A stretch of DNA of 62,361 bases, the filler included, from Basidiobolus meristosporus CBS 931.73 (lineage: Eukaryota; Fungi; Basidiobolomycota): NCBI GenBank assembly GCA_002104905.1. It is 3 parts of 3 records of this genome, joined end to end, with 100 filler letters (N's around TTAATTAATTAA, not from the genome) between each part and the next. Parts side by side here need not be neighbours in the genome. Positions count along the whole stretch, not along the records: positions 39,604 to 62,361 come from MCFE01000971.1; 2 more parts are not named here. One strand, given 5' to 3'. A program made the position numbers and the translations under genes. Below are positions 46,961 through 58,328 of this stretch, piece after piece. The notes below the pieces were generated by a model. That model saw only the letters and a program-made list of their open reading frames with translations. It had not been told where the DNA came from and made no database searches. The number at the start of each line of letters is the position of its first letter. Within the stretch, counting starts at the first letter, position 1.

Positions 46961-47410
46961 ATGTACAAACAACTTACCGCAGCTTGTGCTCTACTAATGG
47001 CCGTCAGTGCCTTTGGAAGTCCCGTGGATGTGTCAAGCACAAATGTAGCGAGCGCATCCATCTCCGATAAGAACCCGCAAAGCGGTCAAATGGTGAAGAA
47101 GTTCTCGTCCAACAAGGAAGAGGATGCGCAGAATATTCGACACTACATCGATGGCATTCTCGGCCAGATGTCGAGGAATACGTTTGATCAGACTATCTCG
47201 AGCAAGCAAGGCGCCGACCAAGGAGTCGAGGAAGAGGAGGGCAATCCTGAAGAGGCCCAGCTATGGGGGAGATACGGTGGATATGGGCGGCGAAGGGGCA
47301 GATACTGGGGACGAGGAGGTTACGGTCGCTACGGTGGTTATGGAGGTCGGTGGGGATATGGACGCTACGGGGGATATGGAGGGTATGGTGGATGCGACTG
47401 GGGTTGCTGA
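46961..47410 (+). CDS. Secreted Gly-rich peptide precursor, paralog 3
   Basis: Close duplicate of 41312-41761, including promoter and 3' flank. Confidence 0.85.
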   Translation: MYKQLTAACALLMAVSAFGSPVDVSSTNVASASISDKNPQSGQMVKKFSSNKEEDAQNIRHYIDGILGQMSRNTFDQTISSKQGADQGVEEEEGNPEEAQLWGRYGGYGRRRGRYWGRGGYGRYGGYGGRWGYGRYGGYGGYGGCDWGC

Positions 47411-49322
47411 ATAATAACAAGGATCAAGGCTTTCATTCACTCCAACAACACAGCTTGTCTGTGTGCTTGAATAAAGTATCGTTGCATTTTATCTATCGAT
47501 AGTGAATGGCCATGTGATTATGACTCCTATTGAGAATGCTAGTTAGCAGAGACTCTCACTGCTCCAACGGTCACTTCTTTTCCGTAGTTTCGAGGTAATC
47601 GCAGCAAACCTGAACCTTTTCCTGTTGCAATCTTGCAGAGAAAGGTACAGGATTGCTTTGGCGGAGGTGCCGGGTGGTCCGGAAGTTATGCCTACGGTGT
47701 CCAATGGCCCGGCAGTCACGTGTTGCCATGAGCCAAGGTTGATACGCAGGTTGGCAGTACCATGTTTAAGGAGGAGAGAACGGTATTGAGTCGTATTGTG
47801 AGTACTTCACCGTTGAATCGAATATTAAAGAAGATTGTGTAGAGCCATAAGGGGATATGCAGAGTTACTAAGATAATGAAGGGGAATAATATACAACTTT
47901 ATCGTGTGTATGACTTGTTATAGTGTGTGTGGCTTGGGTTTCGATACGTAAACAAATGGCATAGTTGCTTTGATTGAATGCATGCATATAATCGTAGAGT
48001 GAAATAACTCATTGAAATCTCTATAGTCTTACCGTTAGGCATATAACTGATAGTGGTGGTGAAAGATGATACCCCGTTGATGCCCCGTTGATGCCCCGTT
48101 GATGCGTAGATAAGCCTTTCATACGAGGATTCTGGTTCAAAATCGTCTGCCTCAAAACACGGATTTTGACCAGGACAAGATCTTGTGACCATCTGAGCTT
48201 TGTGGAGTGTATCTAACCATGACGGCTATGGTAGATAAATACACTCATGATGAAGTATCTATCACATCAAGCTACTAATCAAGTTATTACTTACACTCTG
48301 ATCACTGACTGACACTTACACCATCATATCTCTGGTGTATAGAAGACCATAAGGTTCATTGTAGTCATTCTCAGCAGAAATACTCACTTACTGCTATTCC
48401 CAACTCTTCCTTCACAGGTATGGCTGAAGTCTCAATATACTGAGAGATTGGCAGGCTTTGTACAGTACTCCAGCAGTCTTTCGGAGATGCTTTCACTATT
48501 CAGCTCACTACAGCACACTAAGTATAAACATGACATCAGCCAAGCAACAAGCATTATTTCTTGGTACTCATAGTAAATTCCAACACATGACTTGCTTTGT
48601 ATTCCCACTTCAGGTAGCTATAGGATATACATAGACTCTGCTTCATACAGTATGTTGGTGCTATGCTGACTATTGTCAAGTGAATATAAGAGCTTTCCAT
48701 AGCTCTTGCTCTACTGGTAAAATTTAAACTCGGTAAACTTATTCCTGTCCTCACAATAGATACCTTTGTAGCATAAAGCATGTTGGTGGACTTTGTGGTA
48801 TATGTTTTCTATAATATTTGAAGAGCTCCACGCCTGCTGAGATATTCACAAATGAGACTATACAACTAAAAATGATCACTTAATAAATGGACGTTGTTTG
48901 ATAAGAATCCTTCAATACTTGAACCAGCCTATACGAATATCAAACGAACTATATGCACTACAAGGGAATATATTATATAAGTACAGAAGTACAATAATCT
49001 TTATATTTTGTATACCACCGTTCAGCTGAGCTATACGCTGACTCCATATATACTTCAGGGTGTGCTGTGGCATGAGTAACCGGCTAGGAATAAATACTGG
49101 AGTTGGATGTAACTAGATAGGTTTATCAAGCTCCATCATCATTCCATTCCTGAAGATGTGGAGGGAGTTATGGCAGCAACGGAAGGAGATTAGGACGCTA
49201 CGTTTCTGGGGCACATTGGGGCATGGAGATGGCTGCAACTGGAGTCAAAATTTGGTCCACACAATCAGCAGCGGTATCCTCAATATGTGGCTAATATGTA
49301 CAATCCGCTCAACTCCTTCAAA

Positions 49323-49729
49323 ATGCACCAGCACTTCTTCATCACCATTACTCTCTTAATCACTTCGTATGCGGTGGCGATTCCTGTGCAGCCAGAAGTG
49401 ACCAATATAGCAAGCGCTTCCATCTCCATCCGGGGCCCACAAAGCAGCAAAATGATAACACAATTTCAATCCACACAAGACGAAGATACTCGCGCCATTC
49501 TTGACGACATACTCGGCCAAATGTCAGGCGGTGGGTTGGCAAATGAACAAGTGAAGACACTGACTCTGAAGAGGCCGAGCTTTGGGGTAGATATGGTGGC
49601 TATGGAAGAGAGGGGAGTAGATACCGGGGACGAGGACGTTACGGTCGTTATGGTGGTTACGGAGGTCATTGGGGGTATGGTGGCTATGGAGGCTATGGAG
49701 GCTACGGTGGATGCCACTGGGGTTGCTAA
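49323..49729 (+). pseudogene. Gly-rich peptide paralog 4 (frameshifted)
   Basis: Paralog-2 type; 13-bp deletion between CAAG direct repeats shifts the frame before the Gly-rich tail (GGCHWGC lies in the other frame). Confidence 0.8.
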
Positions 49730-50196
49730 TTCACCACATCCTTACCTTAAATAAACATCACATTGTCAATGTTTCATGCTAAACTTCATACTAAGCCTCA
49801 TCGTAATTAATAGAAGCCACTCGGTGATGTTTGCATAATTCATTAAGCTGCAGTTTTCATAGTCCCCAAGCTGCAGTAGGGATAACAAGTCAGATAGGTT
49901 GTGGTAGTGGATGTGTAGGTGGGTATCAACAGTTTGGCAGTCAATTGAAGTGTTTCTTTTTCGCAGCATTTTTACCGGCCACGTTAGTGGAAACACACAT
50001 ACTTACTTCATCAGTATGCTTGTCCTTATCTTACTAACAACAGTATACTAGAGCTAGCACAAAGCTTCCTAATGCTTGTAACATAGATTCGACTGAAACC
50101 CATCAATTCTGCGAAGTGTCCTAGATGCAATGTCTATTAACCTTCATCTTGGCCGAAAACCGGCTTAGTATATAAATCGAGTGCTCAGCATTCACA

Positions 50197-50400
50197 ATGT
50201 ACAAGCAACATACCGCAGCTTGTGCTCTACTAATGGTCGCCAGTGCCCTTGGAAGTCCCGTGGATGCGTCAAGCACAAATCTCCGATGGAAACCCACAAA
50301 GCGGCCTAGTGGTGAAGAAGTTCTTGTCCAATAGGGAAGAAGATGCGCAGAATATTCGACACTACATCGATGGTATTCTCAGCCAGATGTCAAGGAATAC
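50197..50400 (+). pseudogene. Gly-rich peptide paralog 5 (5' fragment)
   Basis: MYKQHTAACALLM.. signal with a frameshifting deletion; similarity ends at caaggaatac. Confidence 0.75.
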
Positions 50401-50911
50401 TCTTATAAAATAACTGGCCTATGCACATGAATAGATTTTTGCTACTTGGCGTATGTGTGGTGAGTGCAATATAACTCGATAGTATGCGTGGCTTGGGCCT
50501 CTAAACGTAATTTAATGCCGTAGTGATTCTTTCTTCTTATCTGAATGTATGCATGCAGAGTTCGATCGAGGAATATGAGTAAAGAGTAACAATGAGCTGG
50601 AACGAGTTGTTCTTTCTACTTTTGACAAAATCACACGCCGACTCTTATAGCCGTATGAAGCAACCTTAGGCCATTGAATTGCAAATGTTTTGTTAAGTTG
50701 CTAAGTCAAGGTCAAACAAAGTCCAATGTAAGTCTGATTTGATGCCTTGCTGCACATTCAATCACTGCACAACATGATGTGGTACTCTTTGATACTTTGG
50801 GCATTTTTCATGATGGCCATACTTATTCAGCACTATCTATTGACTTTGAAATGTAAAATGTGATTTTTATGGCAACCTTTGTGACATAGCAGCTGTGAAA
50901 TACAACAGGAC

Positions 50912-51262
50912 TGCTGTATTTTATTAAGTTGCCACCTAAATACTCATGCTAACTTAGTCACATAGATCTTATTCTTTGATAACCATTCTGTCCTGACCAA
51001 TTTCATGTTAGGATTTACTTAGAATATTTTCACTAAATTATCAGGTGCTCAGATTATGATCTTTCTCAAACTTGTCTAATAGCCCCCAAACTTTGCACAC
51101 ATATTCTTGGTACCTCCCTTAACAAACTGTACACACTTGTTTGCTCCACTTGATCAAGAGTATAAATATCATACTTTTGATCAATCAATCTAAAAATGAA
51201 TAACAGGTTAATTCTCTGGTTCTCCACATCACTTCCAATGCTCCTCAGAATATTCCTACAAG
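50912..51262 (+). mobile_element. Degenerate solo LTR (copia family)
   Basis: Similar to the LTR family (gctaacttagtcac, ggatttacttagaatatt, cccaaactttgcacacat); no TSD found. Confidence 0.7.
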
Positions 51263-51503
51263 AACCATGCCTTAGGTGCTAAACACTAGTAAGCCTCATC
51301 TGCTGTTACATATGTGGCAAATTTTCAGTGCTGGTCTGTGGAAAGCATGGAGTAAATGACATACAGCCTTAGTCACCATACAGATTTGATATGTTCCATG
51401 TACTTATGATGCTTTATTTTTGTAGGAGCCAATAGTGTAGCTTTCAGCCTATTGCAGATTAAAACACATAATTAGCATTCCAAAGGAGTAATCATGGAGG
51501 TAA

Positions 51504-54500
51504 TGTTGTAAAAATTCGTATTTTCCACCTAAATATTCACCTAACTTAGTCACTTAGATCATCACCTTCAAATCCTAGAGAATAATGACCAAATTCCTTG
51601 TCGGGATTTACTTAGAATATTTTCACCAAAATACCAGGTACCCAGAACATGAAAATTCTCAAAGTTGTCCAAACAGCCCCAAACCTTGTACACATGTTCT
51701 TGGGACCTTCCTTAACCTATTCTACGTGTTTGTAATGCCAAGACCATGTAAAAGTATAAATACTACTTTTACATTCAATAAATCATTAAGTGAAAACCAC
51801 ATAATCTACTTGTTCTCCAAATCACTTCCAATATCTCCAAGACTCTTACAACAGGTTATGAGCCCCAAGCTGTCACTCTCTGCAATGTCTACTACTGCTA
51901 TTACTGGAATTTTTCCCTCTGCTGAAAAGTTGGATGGCTCTAACTACCAAGTGTGGAAGGTGAAGATGAAGATGCTGCTACAAGAAAGAGGCCTTTGGGA
52001 TATTGTCATGGGAGAAGAAAGCCCTCCTAAAAACGTGGGAGAGGAAGCCTTAAAGTACCAGAAGAAAGAACAAAGTGCCTTTAACTGCATTTGCCTTAAT
52101 GTCAAGGACAAATTGCTAATTCAATGCTCAAGAGCAAAAACGGCAAAGAATGCCTGGAAGGCATTAGAAGACACCTACCAGTCATGTTCAGCTGCCAAGA
52201 AAATGTATCTGAGAAGAAAATTCTTTACTACAAAGATGCTGCCAGGAGAAGAAATGAAAAATCTAATTAACAGAATTACCCTGCTGGTAGATGAGATGGA
52301 ATCTGTGGGCGTACCAACTACTGATGAGGATGTGATAGTTACCATCCTGAATAGCCTGACAGACGAGTTTCAGGGCCTTGTATCAGCCCTAGAGTCCAGA
52401 ACTGAAGATTTGACCTTAAATTACGTATATGGAAGGCTCCTGGATGAAGAATTAAGAAAATCAAGCGCCAATAAGAAGGAAGAAGAAAATGCTTTAATAA
52501 GCAATGATAACCAACAAAGGAGGTACCCAAGACCCTACAAAGGCAACAACAACCTATTTTGCAACTACTGCAAAAGGAAAGGACACACATCAGACCGGTG
52601 TTTCAAAAAGAGAGATTATCAGCAAAAGAAGCCTGAATATGGAAATGCTGCAACAACTGAAGATAGACTATTCATATCTGCACTAAATATGACCACAAAC
52701 AAGGATTCTCAGACGTGGTATATTGACTCTGGAGCTTCTCAACACTTTACACACCAAAAAGAACTTTTTACCCAATATCAAGAAATTCCAATTAAGAAGG
52801 TTTTCATGGGTGACGATAGAACACTTGATGCAGTGGGAGAAGGAACTATCCAAGTAAACCTTAGAAGCAGTGAAGGAAGCCATACACTGACCTTTAAAGA
52901 AGTACTCTATGTACCAGAAATAGCCAAGAACCTACTCTCTGTAAGCAAGGCCACAGCAGAAGGACTCAGTTTCAGTTTTGACAATTCTGGATGCAGGATC
53001 ACTGATCAAAATGGTGCCCATATTGCTTTGGGCATCAGAGATCAGAATCTATACAAGTTGACTTATATTCCATCATATTTGGAAGCCAATATAAGTAACT
53101 TAAATGAAGAAACACCAATGCTTTGGCACAGGAGATTTGGACACATCAATTTTGATTATTTGCGTAAAATGATCAAAGATCAGCTAATTTCTGGAGTGAA
53201 AATTGCTCCCCCAGCTAATTTGGAGCACTGTGAAGCCTGCATATATGGGAAACAGGCCAGACAACCGTTCAAGAGCTCTGGGCTAATCAAAACTAAGAAA
53301 AAATTAGATCTAATTCACTCAGATCTGTGTGGACCTATGCAAAATTTATCCTTAGGCGGGATGAAGTATTTAATCACTTTTATTGATGATTATACAAGAT
53401 ACACATGGGTCTACTTCATGGAGAGAAAGGAAGAAGCTCTGTCTAAGTTCAGGGAGTTTAAAGCCATGGTGGAGAGAGAAACTGGTGAAAAAATCAAGAA
53501 AATACGCTCTGACAATGGTGGAGAATATACCTCAAAACTCTTCATCCACTTCTGCAAAATTCATGGGATAAAGCAAGAGACTACTGTATCATACTCCCCA
53601 CAGCAAAATGGAGTAGCAGAACAAGCTAACAGATCAATAATTGATATGGCAAGATCTATGATCCATGATCAAAAATTATCCTATGATTTTTGGGCGGAAT
53701 CAGTTGCCACTGCTGTATATCTTAAAAATAGGAGTTATAACAGAATACTTCGTGATTCTACTCCATTTGAAGCATGGTATGGATACAGACCAAGTGCAGA
53801 ACATCTAAGAATATTTGGGTGTACAGCATATGCCAAAAAACTGGCCGGAAATCAGTCAAAATTTGAGCCAAAAAGTGTAAAATGCATATTTTTGGGCTAC
53901 TGCAATGAGAGTAAGGCATACAGACTCTACAATACCGAAGCAAAGAAGCTGATCAAGTCCAGGGATGTGTTGTTTGATGAAAATTCAAAATTTTCACAAA
54001 AAATGACATCAGATGATGACGAAAATTTGATCTCAAGTCCACCAATTGTCAGGATTGAATCAGAGCAAAACAATGAAACTTTTTTCACTCCAGAGGACTC
54101 TACAACCGTGGTTCAGCCAGAATCAGTGCCCAGGAATATCCCAGAAGTGATCATTCCAGTATCAAATGCCCGGAGATCCAATCGGACAAGAAATAGCCCA
54201 AATTACTATATCAATGAGGGTACAAACTTAGCCTATGCCTATTCAGTCCATGTTGATGAACCCCAGACTGTAAAAGAGGCCCTAAATAGCCCTCAGACAA
54301 AGTTTTGGAGATCTGCAATGACTGAGGAATATCAGGCCCTGATGGAAAATCAAACTTGGGACTTAGTCAAATTACCAATCAACCGAAAATCAATTGGATG
54401 CAGATGGGTCTTTAAGACAAAATACAAGGCTGATGGTACAATTGAAAGATACAAAGCAAGACTTGTAGCCAAAGGTTACTCTCAAACAAAAGGACTTGAC

Positions 54501-56190
54501 TATACTGAGGCCTTTGCACCGGTAGCCAAGTTTAATTCCATCAGATTAATATTGGCTATTGCAGCCAAATATAAGTTTTTTATTCATCAAATGGATGTAA
54601 AAACTGCATTTTTGAATGGAGAACTTGATGAGGACGTGTATATGGACCAGCCTGATGGGTTTGTTGACCAAGATAACCCCCATTTGGTCTGCAAGCTTAA
54701 AAAGTCACTATATGGTCTCAAACAATCACCGAGAGCCTGGAATTGCAAGATAGATTCTTATTTGGAATCTTTGAGTTTCAAAAGGAGTAATGCTGACTAT
54801 AGTATATACTATAAGCCAGATAGAGCAAATCCAGTTCTATTAGCTCTATATGTGGATGATCTTATTATAGCCGCCAATAACCTAGAAACATTGGAAGAGA
54901 CTAAATCCAGCCTATCTAAGGAGTTCAAGATGTCCGATCTAGGAGAACTTAGTTACTACTTAGGGATTAAGTTCTCCATAGACAGAAGTACCCAGACTAT
55001 TACCCTAAGCCAATCCAAGTATATTCAAGATATACTAAAGAAGTACAAAATGGAAGACTGTAAACCGGCAGCTACCCCAATGGAGACAAACCTTAACTTG
55101 GTCAAAACTCAACCAAAGCAAGAGAGCTTGGTGCCATCTGAAAGCCCTGACTTTCCTTATCAATCTATGGTCGGCAGTCTGATGTATATCATGCTTGGAA
55201 CACGTCCAGATATCTCATATTCAGTGGGAGTTGTCAGCCAACATAATCAGAATTATGGATCTGATCATATTGCAGCAGTTAAGCGGATTTTTAGATACCT
55301 AAAAGGAACTGCTGATATCTGTTTAAGATACACTTATAAGGATTCAGAACAGGATCTTGTGGGATACTCTGATGCTGATTGGGGACGAAATTTAGAAGAC
55401 AGAAGATCCACCACAGGATACACCTTTCTCTACTGTAAAGGAGCCATTTCATGGAATTCAAGAAAGCAACCAACCGTAGCACTTTCTACTACAGAGGCAG
55501 AGTATATGGCAGCCTGTGAAGCTACAAAAGAAGCAATGTGGTTAAGAAAGCTCTTTACAGATTTAGGCCTATGTCAAAAAACGCCTATTACTTTATTTCA
55601 AGATAATCAAGGATGTATACAATTAGGTAGAAATCCAACTTTTCATGCTAGAACCAAGCACATAGATATTAGACATCATTTCATACGTGAAGCTATAGAG
55701 AATAACTTAGTTAGCTTAGTTTACTGTCCTACAGATGAAATGATTGCAGACATATTTACCAAACCATTAGCTAGAGACAAGTTTGAATATCTTAGGTCAA
55801 AATTAGGACTAGTCAGTATGAACATTTAGCTGAGTGGGAGTGTTGTAAAAATTCGTATTTTCCACCTAAATATTCACCTAACTTAGTCACTTAGATCATC
55901 ACCTTCAAATCCTAGAGAATAATGACCAAATTCCTTGTCGGGATTTACTTAGAATATTTTCACCAAAATACCAGGTACCCAGAACATGAAAATTCTCAAA
56001 GTTGTCCAAACAGCCCCAAACTTTGTACACATGTTCTTGGGACCTTCCTTAACCTATTCTACGTGTTTGTAATGCCAAGACCATGTAAAAGTATAAATAC
56101 TACTTTTACATTCAATAAATCATCAAGTGAAAACCACATAATCTACTTGTTCTCCAAATCACTTCCAATATCTCCAAGACTCTTACAACA
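51504..56190 (+). mobile_element. Full-length Ty1/copia LTR retrotransposon, copy 2
   Basis: 350-bp LTRs 51504-51853 and 55841-56190 (about 2 differences seen); TSD GGTAA; PBS and PPT present; near-identical to copy 1. Confidence 0.97.
51858..55829 (+). CDS. Copia Gag-Pol polyprotein
   Basis: Same domains as copy 1; has consensus-like YSDADWG where copy 1 has YSDAGWG. Confidence 0.95.
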   Translation: MSPKLSLSAMSTTAITGIFPSAEKLDGSNYQVWKVKMKMLLQERGLWDIVMGEESPPKNVGEEALKYQKKEQSAFNCICLNVKDKLLIQCSRAKTAKNAWKALEDTYQSCSAAKKMYLRRKFFTTKMLPGEEMKNLINRITLLVDEMESVGVPTTDEDVIVTILNSLTDEFQGLVSALESRTEDLTLNYVYGRLLDEELRKSSANKKEEENALISNDNQQRRYPRPYKGNNNLFCNYCKRKGHTSDRCFKKRDYQQKKPEYGNAATTEDRLFISALNMTTNKDSQTWYIDSGASQHFTHQKELFTQYQEIPIKKVFMGDDRTLDAVGEGTIQVNLRSSEGSHTLTFKEVLYVPEIAKNLLSVSKATAEGLSFSFDNSGCRITDQNGAHIALGIRDQNLYKLTYIPSYLEANISNLNEETPMLWHRRFGHINFDYLRKMIKDQLISGVKIAPPANLEHCEACIYGKQARQPFKSSGLIKTKKKLDLIHSDLCGPMQNLSLGGMKYLITFIDDYTRYTWVYFMERKEEALSKFREFKAMVERETGEKIKKIRSDNGGEYTSKLFIHFCKIHGIKQETTVSYSPQQNGVAEQANRSIIDMARSMIHDQKLSYDFWAESVATAVYLKNRSYNRILRDSTPFEAWYGYRPSAEHLRIFGCTAYAKKLAGNQSKFEPKSVKCIFLGYCNESKAYRLYNTEAKKLIKSRDVLFDENSKFSQKMTSDDDENLISSPPIVRIESEQNNETFFTPEDSTTVVQPESVPRNIPEVIIPVSNARRSNRTRNSPNYYINEGTNLAYAYSVHVDEPQTVKEALNSPQTKFWRSAMTEEYQALMENQTWDLVKLPINRKSIGCRWVFKTKYKADGTIERYKARLVAKGYSQTKGLDYTEAFAPVAKFNSIRLILAIAAKYKFFIHQMDVKTAFLNGELDEDVYMDQPDGFVDQDNPHLVCKLKKSLYGLKQSPRAWNCKIDSYLESLSFKRSNADYSIYYKPDRANPVLLALYVDDLIIAANNLETLEETKSSLSKEFKMSDLGELSYYLGIKFSIDRSTQTITLSQSKYIQDILKKYKMEDCKPAATPMETNLNLVKTQPKQESLVPSESPDFPYQSMVGSLMYIMLGTRPDISYSVGVVSQHNQNYGSDHIAAVKRIFRYLKGTADICLRYTYKDSEQDLVGYSDADWGRNLEDRRSTTGYTFLYCKGAISWNSRKQPTVALSTTEAEYMAACEATKEAMWLRKLFTDLGLCQKTPITLFQDNQGCIQLGRNPTFHARTKHIDIRHHFIREAIENNLVSLVYCPTDEMIADIFTKPLARDKFEYLRSKLGLVSMNI

Positions 56191-57352
56191 GGTAATCCAT
56201 AGTATTCTGGTATTTTCTTGTACAGTGAAGGGCTTAGATAAGCACAAAACACAATCTGCACATTGAGTGCAAGTCTTTTATAGAATAAAGTATCAGTAAC
56301 TGCTGAAGGAGCAAAGGCACTGCATAGCTATTGCTTGCTTAATTTGAACCCACAGCCTTAGTATCTATCGCAGATAAGTTACTTGGTTAAGTGTTTTGCA
56401 GGTTTACCAATGTAGGTGAGCTTATTAAATGATTCAAGTGCTTGCAGCCAGATAAGTAAACATGTGAAAACACAGAGTGCAGCTTTAACTGATTGTAGAT
56501 GATAGGCATCTAAAATTGTGGCTTCACATATAGCTTCTTTTATAGGACTCATGGCAAGGATTAAAGTTCTAAGGGTGCTGCAGCCCTTTGCAAGTTTTTC
56601 AATTTCAATTAGCTTACAGTGGCTGCACAAAATGCACTGTAACAATGTAAACTCTCTCTGACAACTATAGTTGTCCAAAAGCAAAAGCCCATGTGCAGTG
56701 CTACAACAGTAAGGTATAATGTAAAGCAAAGCCCTAAGAAAAATGATAAGAAAAGACTTGATAAATTACGTTATAATGTCAGCCAAATTCTAAATTTCTC
56801 AGACTCTAGATGCACCAGTTATTGACTGCCAGACAGACAAGCAGACATATTTTCCAGCAGGAGACTAGGCCAACCAGCATGCACACCAAATTTAATGATC
56901 AGTTACATAGTACTTCCCACAAACATAGCAACTGAAAATCTGAGGGGAGACCACCTGCTGAATACCAGCCAAATGCCATCAGAATATTAGCCAAATACTA
57001 GCTGAAAATCAATTTATCACTTACTTTAGAACTTTGTGTGGAGAAAGCTATATTATGGATACCTAGTATTAGTAAATACTTGATATTTTAGCTGCCAATG
57101 TGATTACTGAGCTGTTAATTGCTTTTCTTCCAATGCTGCACCGGTTTAAGTGATAGAGTGCTTAAATCTCACCTAAACTTAAGAATGTATAAGTAGCAAT
57201 GTACACTGATGCAAATGTATTGAATAGTTGCCTGCTCCTTAAGTCAGAGGTGCTTAAAATACTCAAAGTGTTTTAGCTTGCTTGATATTGCCATACAATT
57301 GCACTCTTTAGCAGGGCATTGCTTTGGGGTGTCATGATATGTCAAGAGGTAG

Positions 57353-57492
57353 GATGAAATCAACGAGTTTTTTCCTTGGCCGGAAGGTCTGGGTAATCTT
57401 GTAAAATTTCATCGTGCTGGGGATTGACCATTGCAATTATTGGTCATCAACGAGGAATTCCTAGTAAGCGCAAGTCATCAGCTTGCGTTGAT

Positions 57493-57538
<46 letters not shown>

Positions 57539-57622
57539 AATGGCTTAGTGAGACCTTCGGATTGGCGCTTGGCAGCTGGCAACAGCAGCTGATTGCTGAG
57601 AAGTTGGTCAAACTTGGTCATT

Positions 57623-57680
<58 letters not shown>
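57353..57680 (+). rRNA. 18S rRNA 3' fragment (about 330 nt)
   Basis: gtccctgccctttgtacacaccgcccgtcgct and gtcgtaacaaggtttccgtaggtgaacctgcggaaggatcatta; the rest of 18S is absent upstream. Confidence 0.95.
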
Positions 57681-57682
<2 letters not shown>

Positions 57683-57845
57683 AAATTATCCAATACCAAC
57701 CACTTGTGCACTGTTGAAGTATGCTTTGGTAGAGTGTTGAGGTGATTGTGGCAACGCAATCTCTCGATCTGCCAGGGTTTTTACCAATACTAAACAAACA
57801 AACGTCTTATCAATCTGACTGAACTTCATTTTACAAATGAAAATA
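57681..57845 (+). other. ITS1
   Basis: Lies between the 18S end and the 5.8S start. Confidence 0.85.
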
Positions 57846-58000
57846 CAACTTTTAACAATGGATCTCTTGGCTCTTGCATCAATGAAGAACGCAGCGAATT
57901 GCGAAAAGTAATGTGAATTGCAGAATTCCGTGAATCATTGAATCTTTGAACGCACATTGCGCTCTCTGGTATTCCGGAGAGCATGCCTGTTTGAGTATCA
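57846..58000 (+). rRNA. 5.8S rRNA (probably a pseudogene copy)
   Basis: caacttttaacaatggatctcttggc..gaagaacgcagc..gtgaattgcagaat..gcatgcctgtttgag; four normally conserved CpGs are mutated. Confidence 0.9.
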
Positions 58001-58240
58001 GTTAACTATTCTCAAGCTACACTCTTTTAAAAGCGTGCAGCATGGAATTGAGTTATCCCGGTACGAGTGCTTCGGCACTGCAACTGGGAGACTTGAAACT
58101 GATATCGCGGGAGCAGTGGTCATTAAGGATCAGCTCTTTGTAGGTGTACTAGTTGGAGGCGTCGCAAGACGTTTTCATTCTTAACACCATTACGCAAAGT
58201 TCGGATCTGACGACTGCAACCAACGAACGCAGGAACGCGC
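58001..58240 (+). other. ITS2, truncated (no 28S follows)
   Basis: Follows 5.8S; ends abruptly at gaacgcgc|TTAGGGG. Confidence 0.75.
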
Positions 58241-58328
58241 TTAGGGGAGGGAAAGTCACCAAGTTGGTGAAATCTTTATTTGGGTTAAGAACTAATCTAA
58301 GTACAAATAAAGAAGCCAATTAAGAGGT

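Noticed and set aside
48066-48105. Short tandem duplications (ccccgttgatg x3; also a 26-bp duplication near 45275-45330)
   Set aside because: Ordinary slippage within duplicated intergenic blocks.
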